Shown piece by piece: positions 55,887 to 64,000 of a stretch of DNA of 64,000 nt (its first letter is position 1; every line of letters starts with the position of its first letter). Made by a program: the position numbers and the translations under genes. The DNA lies in the NCBI GenBank assembly GCA_045597985.1, contig JAZLLE010000063.1, forward strand, positions 13,973 through 77,972, in the 5' to 3' direction. The notes below the pieces were generated by a model that saw nothing but the letters and a program-made list of their open reading frames with translations, did not search any database and was not told where the DNA came from. The stretch is from Bacteroidaceae bacterium (GTDB lineage: Bacteria > Bacteroidota > Bacteroidia > Bacteroidales > Bacteroidaceae).

Positions 55887-56636
55887 ATGACAGGAAGGAT
55901 TCATTCACTGGAGTCCTTCGGCACAGTTGATGGCCCTGGAATACGTTTTGTGACGTTTCTCCAGGGCTGTCCTATGAGATGTGCATTCTGTCACAACCCA
56001 GACACCTGGGCCATTGACGCTCCGGTTCAGTACGAGATGACTCCGAAAGAGCTTCTTGACGAGACAATGCGCTACTACGGCTTCATTCACAAAGGAGGCG
56101 TTACCTGCACTGGAGGCGAGCCTTTATTGCAGGCTGAGTTTGTGACAGAATATTTCCGTCTGTGCCACAAGGAGGGTCTGCATACAGCCTTGGATACATC
56201 GGGAGCGATATTCGGACCTAACAACGCACAGCCGTTCCCTCAGATAGCAGCCGCCATAGAACAGAGCGATCTGGTGATGCTTGACATCAAGACTCTGGAC
56301 GAGGAGCTGCACAGATCATATACAGGTTGCTCATCAAGCACCAACAAGACTTTCCTGAACTATCTGCAGGAAACAGGGATGCCCACCTGGATAAGACATG
56401 TTGTTGTTCCCGGAATAACAGCCGATATCCTCATGTTGGAGGAATTGGCGGAATACCTGAGACCCTTCAGCGTTGTTGAACGCGTTGAGTTGCTGCCATA
56501 TCATACTATGGGGAAGTACAAATATCAGAATATGGGAATACCCTACCGTCTGGAAGACACCCCCCCTCTGGACAATGATGCATTGGAAACTGCCAGACAG
56601 ATATTCCGGGAAATCCTGAATTGTAAGATAAGTTAA
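55887..56636 (+). CDS. pflA: Pyruvate formate-lyase activating enzyme (radical SAM)
   Basis: CPMRCAFCHNPD (CxxxCxxC) and GGVTCTGGEP motifs. It lies immediately downstream of pflB. Confidence 0.95.
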   Translation: MTGRIHSLESFGTVDGPGIRFVTFLQGCPMRCAFCHNPDTWAIDAPVQYEMTPKELLDETMRYYGFIHKGGVTCTGGEPLLQAEFVTEYFRLCHKEGLHTALDTSGAIFGPNNAQPFPQIAAAIEQSDLVMLDIKTLDEELHRSYTGCSSSTNKTFLNYLQETGMPTWIRHVVVPGITADILMLEELAEYLRPFSVVERVELLPYHTMGKYKYQNMGIPYRLEDTPPLDNDALETARQIFREILNCKIS

Positions 56637-56705
56637 TTTATCCGGGGCGCTTTGGTTATTTCTGCCGTTTCCGCTATCTTCGCCAATCGTTAACAAAAAC
56701 CACCG

Positions 56706-57377
56706 ATGAACAGAATACCGACTGTCACAAAGAACCTCCTTATAATAAACGTACTATTGTGGTTTGGAGGTGTGGCCATGACCAGGATAGGCATTGACTT
56801 CAACTCGCTGTTCGGCCTGCATTTCTTCAAGGCATCCGACTTCAGATTTTACCAGCTCTTCACATATATGTTTATGCACGAAGGGTTCTGGCACGTATTC
56901 TGCAATATGTTCGCAGTATGGATGTTTGGCAGTATGATGGAGAATACCTGGGGCCCTCGCCGCTATCTCTTTTTCTACATTGCCTGCGGACTGGGAGCCG
57001 GACTCATCCAGGAGGGAGTCCAGTATATACAGTGGGTGGCTGACTTGTCAAAATACGGTGCCGTAAACATTGGATATGGCGCGATACCTATGCAGGAATA
57101 TCTCAATATGATCAATACGGTAGGCGCATCGGGTGCCGTCTACGGGATATTGCTGGGCTATGGAATGACCTACCCCAACAACCCCATCTTCATTATTCCG
57201 ATACCCGTGCCCATCCAGGCAAAATGGCTAATCATAGGCTATGTACTGCTTGAGTTGCTTTCCGGACTCAGCAACAGTCCTGGAGACAACGTGGCCCACT
57301 TCGCCCACCTTGGCGGAATGCTCGTAGGATTTCTGATAATTCTATACTGGAAAAACAAATACAGGCTACATCGCTGA
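56706..57377 (+). CDS. Rhomboid-family intramembrane serine protease
   Basis: Six TM segments, the HxxxN context (FMHEGFWHVFCNM), GASGAVYG (GxSG) and AHLGG. Confidence 0.85.
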   Translation: MNRIPTVTKNLLIINVLLWFGGVAMTRIGIDFNSLFGLHFFKASDFRFYQLFTYMFMHEGFWHVFCNMFAVWMFGSMMENTWGPRRYLFFYIACGLGAGLIQEGVQYIQWVADLSKYGAVNIGYGAIPMQEYLNMINTVGASGAVYGILLGYGMTYPNNPIFIIPIPVPIQAKWLIIGYVLLELLSGLSNSPGDNVAHFAHLGGMLVGFLIILYWKNKYRLHR

Positions 57378-57403
57378 GAGTCAATATCGCATTCTATCGC
57401 CCC

Positions 57404-58477
57404 ATGAGAGCCGTTGGTAAAATCATATATTATCCTTTGATTGCCATTAATATCATAGTTGCGGCATTAATGGTTGCCAGCGGATGGAGCAGTTATCTAT
57501 ATGTAAGTTCTTTTCCTGTAATTTCCCTGTTTGGGATGGCATTTCCAGCTATCTTTGTCATAAATCTGCTGTTTCTTCTGATATGGCTTGTCTTCTGGAA
57601 AAAAGCTCTTTGGCTGCCATTGCTGGCTATTATTCTGACCATTAGGCCGACACTCACATACTCACCTCTCCACATGTCAAAAGAGCCGCACAAAAATGGG
57701 GATAGCACCATCAAATTACTTTCATACAACACATTTTATCTTAACATATTCAAATTAGGCGGCAGTGGCACTGACAATCCGATATTGAATTACATAAACA
57801 AGAGTGAGGCAGATATTATCTGTTTACAGGAGTCCAACAGCGGCGTGCTCAAGAATGTAATAAAAAACGATAAGGATTTTTTACCAGGCTTAAAGTACAG
57901 TTGCCACACAGTGAATATGTCAACCATAACACGATGGCCCATTCTTGAATGGAAAAAGATTGATTTTCCTGATTCTAATAATTGCTGCCTGTATTCACGT
58001 ATTCTGGTTGGCTCTGACACGCTTGCTGTCTATAACTGTCATTTTCAATCTTTCGGACTCAACCAGGATGAGATAGACGATTACAACCATCTTATTGAAA
58101 ACCCTAAGGATACAGCCAGCTACAAGGGGTCAAAATCAACTTTAAGGAAACTGATGAGGGCTGCGGTGAAGAGAGCCGGACAAGGTGCTATGATTGCAGA
58201 GATGATTGAGAATGAGGATGCCAGATACATCCTTCTATGCGGTGATTTCAACGACACACCACTCTCTTATACCCACCGCATCATAGCGAAAAGACTCACG
58301 GATGTCTATGCCGCATCGGGGTTCGGACCCGGAATCTCCTACAACAGAAACAGACTCTATTTCAGGATAGACCACACTTTCTGCAATAAGGCGCTCAAGC
58401 CAATACACTGTCTCGTGGACAGGTCAATAAAAGAATCAGACCACTATCCCGAAATATCATTTCTGAGATTGCAATAA
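57404..58477 (+). CDS. Membrane-anchored endonuclease/exonuclease/phosphatase (EEP) family protein
   Basis: N-terminal 3-4 TMs followed by EEP motifs (LLSYNT, ICLQE, GDFND, SDHYP). Confidence 0.75.
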   Translation: MRAVGKIIYYPLIAINIIVAALMVASGWSSYLYVSSFPVISLFGMAFPAIFVINLLFLLIWLVFWKKALWLPLLAIILTIRPTLTYSPLHMSKEPHKNGDSTIKLLSYNTFYLNIFKLGGSGTDNPILNYINKSEADIICLQESNSGVLKNVIKNDKDFLPGLKYSCHTVNMSTITRWPILEWKKIDFPDSNNCCLYSRILVGSDTLAVYNCHFQSFGLNQDEIDDYNHLIENPKDTASYKGSKSTLRKLMRAAVKRAGQGAMIAEMIENEDARYILLCGDFNDTPLSYTHRIIAKRLTDVYAASGFGPGISYNRNRLYFRIDHTFCNKALKPIHCLVDRSIKESDHYPEISFLRLQ

Positions 58478-58553
58478 TCCCAATCACGGACTCATTTGCA
58501 TCGTTTCTAATATAAATTAATACGCGCGCGTGCTTGTGAACCGAAAATTTGTC

Positions 58554-58561
58554 TATATTTG
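58554..58561 (+). promoter_or_regulatory. -7 promoter box TATATTTG upstream of secDF
   Basis: Fits TAnnTTTG, 67 nt upstream of the ATG at 58628. Confidence 0.4.
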
Positions 58562-58627
58562 CACCCTTGAATTTTGCGGTGTAATCCGCACTATGTTCAG
58601 ACAACAAATAATTAACCAATTAATAAT

Positions 58628-61600
58628 ATGCAAAACAAAGGATTTGTAAAGGTGTTTGCGATAGCATTGACAGTAGTATGTCTGTTCTATCTCTCCTTTA
58701 CTTTCAGAACCCGCAGCATTGAGAAGAAAGCTGCACAGAGTCCAATGGGCGAGCAGGCCTACCTTGACTCAGTGATGAACGAGAAAGCCTGGTTGGGAAT
58801 CTACTCCTACAAAGAGTGCCGTGAGATGGAGATAGGCCTGGGCCTTGACCTGAAGGGCGGTATGAACGTCATTCTTGAGGTATCAGTACCCGATGTAGTG
58901 AAGGCTCTTGCCAACAACAGCAAGGACGAGAACTTCAACGCCGCCTTATCGGCAGCCACAAAGCGCTCGGTAAGCAGCCAGGACAATTTTGTTGATCTCT
59001 TTGTTGAGGAGTTCCGCAAGATTGACCAGACAAGTAATCTCAACAAGTTCTTCGCAACCTCTATGCTGAAGGACCGTGTGGATGTACAGAGCACTGACGA
59101 GCAGGTAATCTCCGTACTGAAGGAGGAGATTGACGCTGCCATCAGCAATGCATTCCTGGTGCTCCGCACACGTATTGACCGTTTCGGTGTGGCACAGCCA
59201 AACATCCAGGAACTGGAGGGCAAGCAGGGCCGCATTATGGTTGAGCTTCCTGGTGTCAAGGAGCCGGAGCGTGTAAGAAAACTCCTGCAGGGTTCCGCAA
59301 ACCTGGAATTCTGGGAGACATACAAGTTCGGTGAGCTGGCCGATATTATTCAGGCCGCAGACCGTAAGCTCCGTCTGGCCGAGGCTGGTACAGAGGAGGC
59401 TCAGGAGACAGAGACCGCCAAAGAGGAGACCGCAGCCGTAGCAGAGGCAACTATAAACTCTACGGACAGCCTTGCCAACCTGCTTCTCAATGACAGTGAT
59501 GTTCAGACAGAGCTTACCGCTGCACAGAAGGCTGAGCTCCGCAAGGCCAACCCGCTTCTCTCCCGCCTTAACCCGCCATCATACCAGAACAGCTGTGTAA
59601 TCGGTATCGCACACAAGAACGATACAGCCGAGGTCAACAGACTGATGGCACGCGCCGACATCAAATCAATGTTCCCGCGCGACCTCAAGACTCTCTGGGG
59701 TGTCAAGGCAATTGATACAAAAGAGCAGTACTTTGAGCTCTACGCCATCAAGGTTACCAACAGAGACGGCAACGCCGCTCTGAACGGTGATGTTGTCACC
59801 AGCTCAAAGGATGAGTTCGACCAGCACGGAAATCCTTGCGTGAGTATGTCTATGAACACAGAGGGAGCACGCCGCTGGGCACAGCTCACAAAGCAGAACA
59901 TCAACCGCAACATCGCCATTGTTCTGGACGGCCTGGTATATAGCGCACCTAACGTAAACGACGAGATTACAGGTGGAAACAGCCAGATTACAGGCGCCTT
60001 CACCATTGAGGACACCCAGGACCTTGCAAACGTTCTGAAGTCCGGTAAGATGCCGGCTCCCGCAAAGATTGTTCAGGAGGATATCGTAGGCCCGTCACTC
60101 GGTCAGGAGTCAATCCGCCAGGGATTCATCTCCTTCATCGTGGCCTTCATCATCCTTATGATTTATATGTGCCTCATCTACGGATTCGTTCCGGGTATGA
60201 TAGCCAACGGAGCACTGCTCTGCAACTTCTTCTTCACATTGGGTATTCTTACCTCATTCCAGGCGGCACTTACAATGTCCGGTATCGCAGGTATCGTACT
60301 TACCTTAGGTATGGCAGTCGATGCGAACGTACTTATCTATGAGCGTACGAAGGAGGAGCTCAAAGCCGGCAAGGCTGTATCCGCAGCACTGGCAGATGGA
60401 TACAAGAATGCTTTCTCGGCCATCTTCGACTCCAACTTCACATCAATCATCACAGGTATCATCCTGTTCGTATATGGTACAGGCCCTATCCGTGGATTCG
60501 CCACGACTCTGATCATAGGTATCATCTGCTCATTCTTCACAGCAGTGTTCCTTACACGTATCGTCTATGAGCACTTCCTTGAGAAGGGCAAGATGCAGGA
60601 CCTCACATTCACCACAGCTTTCTCAAAGAATCTGATGGTGAACACCAGGATTGGCTTTATGGAGGCAGCAAAGAAGTCATTCGTGATATTCGGTGCTGCA
60701 GCAGTGGTATTCATCGGTTTCCTCTGCATAAGAGGTCTGAGCAAGAGTATTGACTTCACCGGTGGCCGTAACTTTGTCGTTCAGTTTGAGCAGCCTGTTG
60801 AGCCGGAGGAGGTACGCGACATTCTTGAGAAGGTCATCACCGAGGACAATGTTCAGGCAATCGCCCTTGGTACCGACCACAAGACAATCCGTATCACAAC
60901 CAACTACCGCATTGAGGATGATTCAGAGAGCATCGATGCAGAGATTGAGGAGTTCCTTTTCACCTCACTCAAGTCTGCAGGCAAGCTCAGCCAGACACTC
61001 GATCTGGCTACATTCATTGACCGTGACAACCGCACCGGCGGCTCAATCATCAGCTCACAGAAGGTTGGACCTTCAATTGCCGAGGATATCACACGCGGAG
61101 CTATCATCTCCGTCATCCTGGCTCTGATTGCCATCTTCCTGTACATCCTTATCCGTTTCCGCAACGTAGCATACTCAGTAGGCGCTATCGTAGCTCTGTT
61201 CTTCGATACTCTGGTTATTCTGGGTATGTACTCAATCTGCTGGGGCTGGATGCCGTTCTCACTTGAGATTGACCAGACCTTCATCGGTGCCGTGCTGACC
61301 GCTATAGGTTACTCAATCAACGATAAGGTGGTTATCTTCGACCGTATCCGCGAATATACTCACCTCTATCCGAAGCGCGATAAGAAGCAGCTCTTCAACG
61401 ATGCCCTGAACACCACTCTGGCACGTACAATCAATACATCAGTAAGTACATTGATAGTATTGCTCTGTATCTTCTTCCTTGGCGGTGACAGCATCCGCAG
61501 CTTCGCATTCGCCATGATTCTTGGTGTAATCTTCGGTACCTGCTCATCACTCTTCGTGGCAGCTCCAACCGCTTACACAATTATGCGCAGGAAGAATTAA
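58628..61600 (+). CDS. secDF: Protein translocase subunit SecDF (fused)
   Basis: A 990 aa ORF with a SecD periplasmic domain (GLDLKGGM) and two 6-TM SecD/SecF blocks. The fusion is typical of Bacteroidota. Confidence 0.95.
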   Translation: MQNKGFVKVFAIALTVVCLFYLSFTFRTRSIEKKAAQSPMGEQAYLDSVMNEKAWLGIYSYKECREMEIGLGLDLKGGMNVILEVSVPDVVKALANNSKDENFNAALSAATKRSVSSQDNFVDLFVEEFRKIDQTSNLNKFFATSMLKDRVDVQSTDEQVISVLKEEIDAAISNAFLVLRTRIDRFGVAQPNIQELEGKQGRIMVELPGVKEPERVRKLLQGSANLEFWETYKFGELADIIQAADRKLRLAEAGTEEAQETETAKEETAAVAEATINSTDSLANLLLNDSDVQTELTAAQKAELRKANPLLSRLNPPSYQNSCVIGIAHKNDTAEVNRLMARADIKSMFPRDLKTLWGVKAIDTKEQYFELYAIKVTNRDGNAALNGDVVTSSKDEFDQHGNPCVSMSMNTEGARRWAQLTKQNINRNIAIVLDGLVYSAPNVNDEITGGNSQITGAFTIEDTQDLANVLKSGKMPAPAKIVQEDIVGPSLGQESIRQGFISFIVAFIILMIYMCLIYGFVPGMIANGALLCNFFFTLGILTSFQAALTMSGIAGIVLTLGMAVDANVLIYERTKEELKAGKAVSAALADGYKNAFSAIFDSNFTSIITGIILFVYGTGPIRGFATTLIIGIICSFFTAVFLTRIVYEHFLEKGKMQDLTFTTAFSKNLMVNTRIGFMEAAKKSFVIFGAAAVVFIGFLCIRGLSKSIDFTGGRNFVVQFEQPVEPEEVRDILEKVITEDNVQAIALGTDHKTIRITTNYRIEDDSESIDAEIEEFLFTSLKSAGKLSQTLDLATFIDRDNRTGGSIISSQKVGPSIAEDITRGAIISVILALIAIFLYILIRFRNVAYSVGAIVALFFDTLVILGMYSICWGWMPFSLEIDQTFIGAVLTAIGYSINDKVVIFDRIREYTHLYPKRDKKQLFNDALNTTLARTINTSVSTLIVLLCIFFLGGDSIRSFAFAMILGVIFGTCSSLFVAAPTAYTIMRRKN

Positions 61601-61630
61601 GGTCAAACACCTTATATATTATTATTAAGG

Positions 61631-61667
61631 CTTCCGGTTGTTCTTTGAACTTCCGGAAGTTTTTTTT
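61631..61667 (+). terminator. Rho-independent terminator after secDF
   Basis: Stem CTTCCGG / CCGGAAG followed by T8. Confidence 0.7.
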
Positions 61668-61711
61668 CTCAAAAGTTATTTGTATTATTGCGTCTGAAAA
61701 AAACAGACATT

Positions 61712-62914
61712 ATGAGAAAACTGGCTTTCACACTCTTTTGCCTTATAGCGACTACAAATGTATTTGCGGATATCAACGCAGATTCCATCAAATCGGAATT
61801 AGACAAAATTGTGCTGCTGAAGGATGATGCGAGGCAGACCATAGAGAAATACAAGAAGGGAGTCCTTAAGGGCGATGATAAGTCTATGAACCTGCTTGGA
61901 GTGGAATGCATGAGCGGGACAAATATCAAGGCAGACCTCATGTTGGGAATGAATCTGCTGGAGACTGCCGCCAACAATGGCTATCTGGATGCTCAATACA
62001 ATCTTGGCAACTACTACTTTATTTTCTGGGTACGCAAGCCTGAGAATACGGCATATTTCTCGGCCGCCAACAAATGGCTGCGCAAGGCTGTAAAGACACA
62101 GGATGTACGCTCATACAATCTGCTGGGCCGTCTTTACTTTGAATATGGCAAACATAATGCCGACCCGAACTTCCTGACTCAGGCCCGTATGCTGCTTGCC
62201 ACTGTTCCAGGTGTTGAGGAGGTTAGCAATAAGAACGAAGAGCTCATTACCACACAGGCTACACTTGGCAATATCTGTCTTGGGCAATGGCGTATGGACC
62301 AGGACACAACAGCATTGCGCGATGCCAAGAAATGGTATCGTCTGGTGCTGAGATCCGACAAGGAGTACCCCACGTTCTCAACATATATTGATTCGCTGGC
62401 ATACGTCCTCAGTCAGGGAGTGCCTATGTCCATCGACCCGAAAGACGAGAGCGCGCAAGCCAACGCCGCACCTCAGGGTGGCCCGATGGGAGGCTTTGGC
62501 GGTATGGGCGGATTCGGTGGATTTGGAGGATTCGGAGGTCCGATGGGTGGTGGCCCAGGCGGCCCTATGGCAGGCCCGCAAGGTCCGGCAGCCACATACC
62601 CCGGCGGTATGATGCAGATGATGAATTTTATCCGCTCCAACACATTCTACCCGAAGGATTGTGAGGATGCCCGCATAAAAGAGACAGTCACAGTGCAGTT
62701 CACCATCGGAAAGGATGGAGCCGTTGTCAATCCGAAAGTTATCAAGAACGTAAACTATCTTTTAGGTCAGGAAGCCCTCCGCACAGTAATGCTTATGCCC
62801 GACTGGATTCCTGCCAAGACTGAGGATGACACCACAGTTGAATATACAACCACAACAAACGTATCATTTGGCTCAGGCGGAATGGGCGGCGGAATGGGTA
62901 TGATGATGTTCTAA
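61712..62914 (+). CDS. Sel1-repeat protein with Gly/Met-rich linker and TonB C-terminal-like domain
   Basis: The start is set at MRKLAFTLFCLIATTNVFA (signal peptide). Sel1-like repeats are present (AQYNLGNYY). The linker is GGPMGGFGGMGGFGGFGGFGGPMGGGPGGPMAGPQGP. The C-terminal TonB_C-like block is YPKDCEDARIKETVTVQFTIGKDGAV. Confidence 0.7.
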   Translation: MRKLAFTLFCLIATTNVFADINADSIKSELDKIVLLKDDARQTIEKYKKGVLKGDDKSMNLLGVECMSGTNIKADLMLGMNLLETAANNGYLDAQYNLGNYYFIFWVRKPENTAYFSAANKWLRKAVKTQDVRSYNLLGRLYFEYGKHNADPNFLTQARMLLATVPGVEEVSNKNEELITTQATLGNICLGQWRMDQDTTALRDAKKWYRLVLRSDKEYPTFSTYIDSLAYVLSQGVPMSIDPKDESAQANAAPQGGPMGGFGGMGGFGGFGGFGGPMGGGPGGPMAGPQGPAATYPGGMMQMMNFIRSNTFYPKDCEDARIKETVTVQFTIGKDGAVVNPKVIKNVNYLLGQEALRTVMLMPDWIPAKTEDDTTVEYTTTTNVSFGSGGMGGGMGMMMF

Positions 62915-62917
62915 AAA

Positions 62918-62947
62918 ATAAAGGAGAGTCTTAAGGCCCTCCTTTAT
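62918..62947. terminator. Bidirectional hairpin between convergent genes
   Basis: A 9-bp stem ATAAAGGAG / CTCCTTTAT flanked by A-run and T-run sequences. Confidence 0.6.
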
Positions 62948-62968
62948 TTTTATATTGCAGCCAACGGC

Positions 62969-63982
62969 CTACTTCACCATCCAGGTGTCGTTTGTCTCAA
63001 GCAACTCAGCGAAGTTGTGATACTTCTTCTTTGCAGACACCTCCTCAACCTGAGCATAAACGGCATCGTTATAGGTTGGAGCATCAACATCACGGATAAC
63101 GCCAAGTGCAACCGGGAAGTCTGGTCCTTCCATCAATGCCAGCTTAAGCTGCAGGGTGCTGTCCTCGCAATGAGCATCGTGAACAAGGATATCCTTCTCT
63201 GTGATGCCATTCTCGCCAAGTTTTACAACCTTCAGACCGAAACCCTCCTGCATCAAGCCGAACTCGTCGTTCTCACCAAACAGCATTGGCTGGCCATGTC
63301 TCAGGTAGATGGCGTTCTTTGAACGACCCTCCTTTGTATATACATCGGCGTGAGTACCATCGTTAAAGATGACACAATTCTGCAGAACCTCGGTAACGGC
63401 CGCACCCTTGTGTCGGGCGGCGGCTGTAAGGCACTCAACAGCGCCGGGAGCATCTACTGCCACACAACGCGCAAAGAAGTGACCGCGTGCGCCGAAGCAG
63501 AGCTCTGCAGGGTGGAACGGATCCTCAACAGTACCATAAGGCGATGACTTGCTGACAAAGCCCCTCAATGATGTGGGTGAGTACTGACCCTTGGTAAGGC
63601 CATATACACGGTTGTTCAGCAGAATCATATTAAGGTCTATGTTACGCCTCATAGCGTGAATGAAGTGATTACCGCCAATAGCCAGACCATCGCCATCACC
63701 GGATATCTGCCAGATGGTCAGATTCGGATTGGCAACCTTAGCGCCGGTAGCAATAGCGGCGGCGCGTCCGTGAATGGTATGGAAACCGTAAGTATTCATA
63801 TAGTAAGGCAGACGCGATGAGCATCCGATACCAGAGATGACCGCCACATTGTGCGGAGCGATTCCAAGATCGGCCATTGCCTTATGCAAGGCAGCCAAAA
63901 GGGCGTGATCGCCACAACCCGGACACCAGCGGGGCTGTCCCGACTTGAAATCCTGTGCTGTATATTTACATTCCTCTGCCAT
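62969..63982 (-). CDS. korB: 2-oxoacid:ferredoxin oxidoreductase beta subunit (TPP-binding)
   Basis: A 337 aa ORF with WCPGCGDH, GIGCSSR and SGDGD(G)LAIGGNH TPP-binding motifs. Confidence 0.85.
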   Translation of the reverse strand: MAEECKYTAQDFKSGQPRWCPGCGDHALLAALHKAMADLGIAPHNVAVISGIGCSSRLPYYMNTYGFHTIHGRAAAIATGAKVANPNLTIWQISGDGDGLAIGGNHFIHAMRRNIDLNMILLNNRVYGLTKGQYSPTSLRGFVSKSSPYGTVEDPFHPAELCFGARGHFFARCVAVDAPGAVECLTAAARHKGAAVTEVLQNCVIFNDGTHADVYTKEGRSKNAIYLRHGQPMLFGENDEFGLMQEGFGLKVVKLGENGITEKDILVHDAHCEDSTLQLKLALMEGPDFPVALGVIRDVDAPTYNDAVYAQVEEVSAKKKYHNFAELLETNDTWMVK

Positions 63983-64000
63983 AGCTTACTTATTTAAAAT

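Overview
This 64 kb window looks like chromosomal DNA from a Bacteroidota genome, probably Bacteroidales. Supporting signs are recurrent TAnnTTTG -7 promoter boxes, near absence of Shine-Dalgarno sequences, many lipoprotein signal peptides and a fused SecDF. Housekeeping content includes the start of the dcw cluster (mraZ-rsmH-ftsL-ftsI, minus strand, 1-3855), two tRNA-Val genes and Hsp20. It also includes a TolC-MFP-RND-RND efflux operon (19.3-28.5 kb), DsbD, gpmI, pfkA, rnhB, pflB-pflA, a rhomboid protease, secDF and korB. Envelope and secreted enzymes are a patatin-Omp85 fusion, a single-chain TldD/PmbA peptidase, two transglutaminase-like lipoproteins and an S8 peptidase. The stand-out is a ~16.2 kb, visibly lower-GC, ten-gene minus-strand operon (29149-45254, promoter box near 45295). 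It combines a Ser/Thr kinase, a PP2C phosphatase and an FHA protein with a Zn-ribbon protein carrying three CbbX/SpoVK-type AAA+ modules. It also encodes further zinc-ribbon proteins, two TerB-like modules, an M48-like peptidase, a 2-TM RyR-domain protein, an unknown 4-TM protein and a DUF4062-STAND(NLR-like)-helical-repeat NTPase. I cannot match this gene set to any named system and regard it as a candidate new conflict or stress-sensing system. Smaller oddities are a ~195 bp palindromic element inside the efflux operon, an 11-bp phased repeat array next to tRNA-Val, MraZ-type operator repeats, and a strong SD with a possible RNA thermometer at hsp20. There is also a catalytically dead transglutaminase paralogue and some gene debris. 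All domain calls are motif recognition by eye and no searches were run. Hand-indexed coordinates of short motifs may be off by 1-2 nt.
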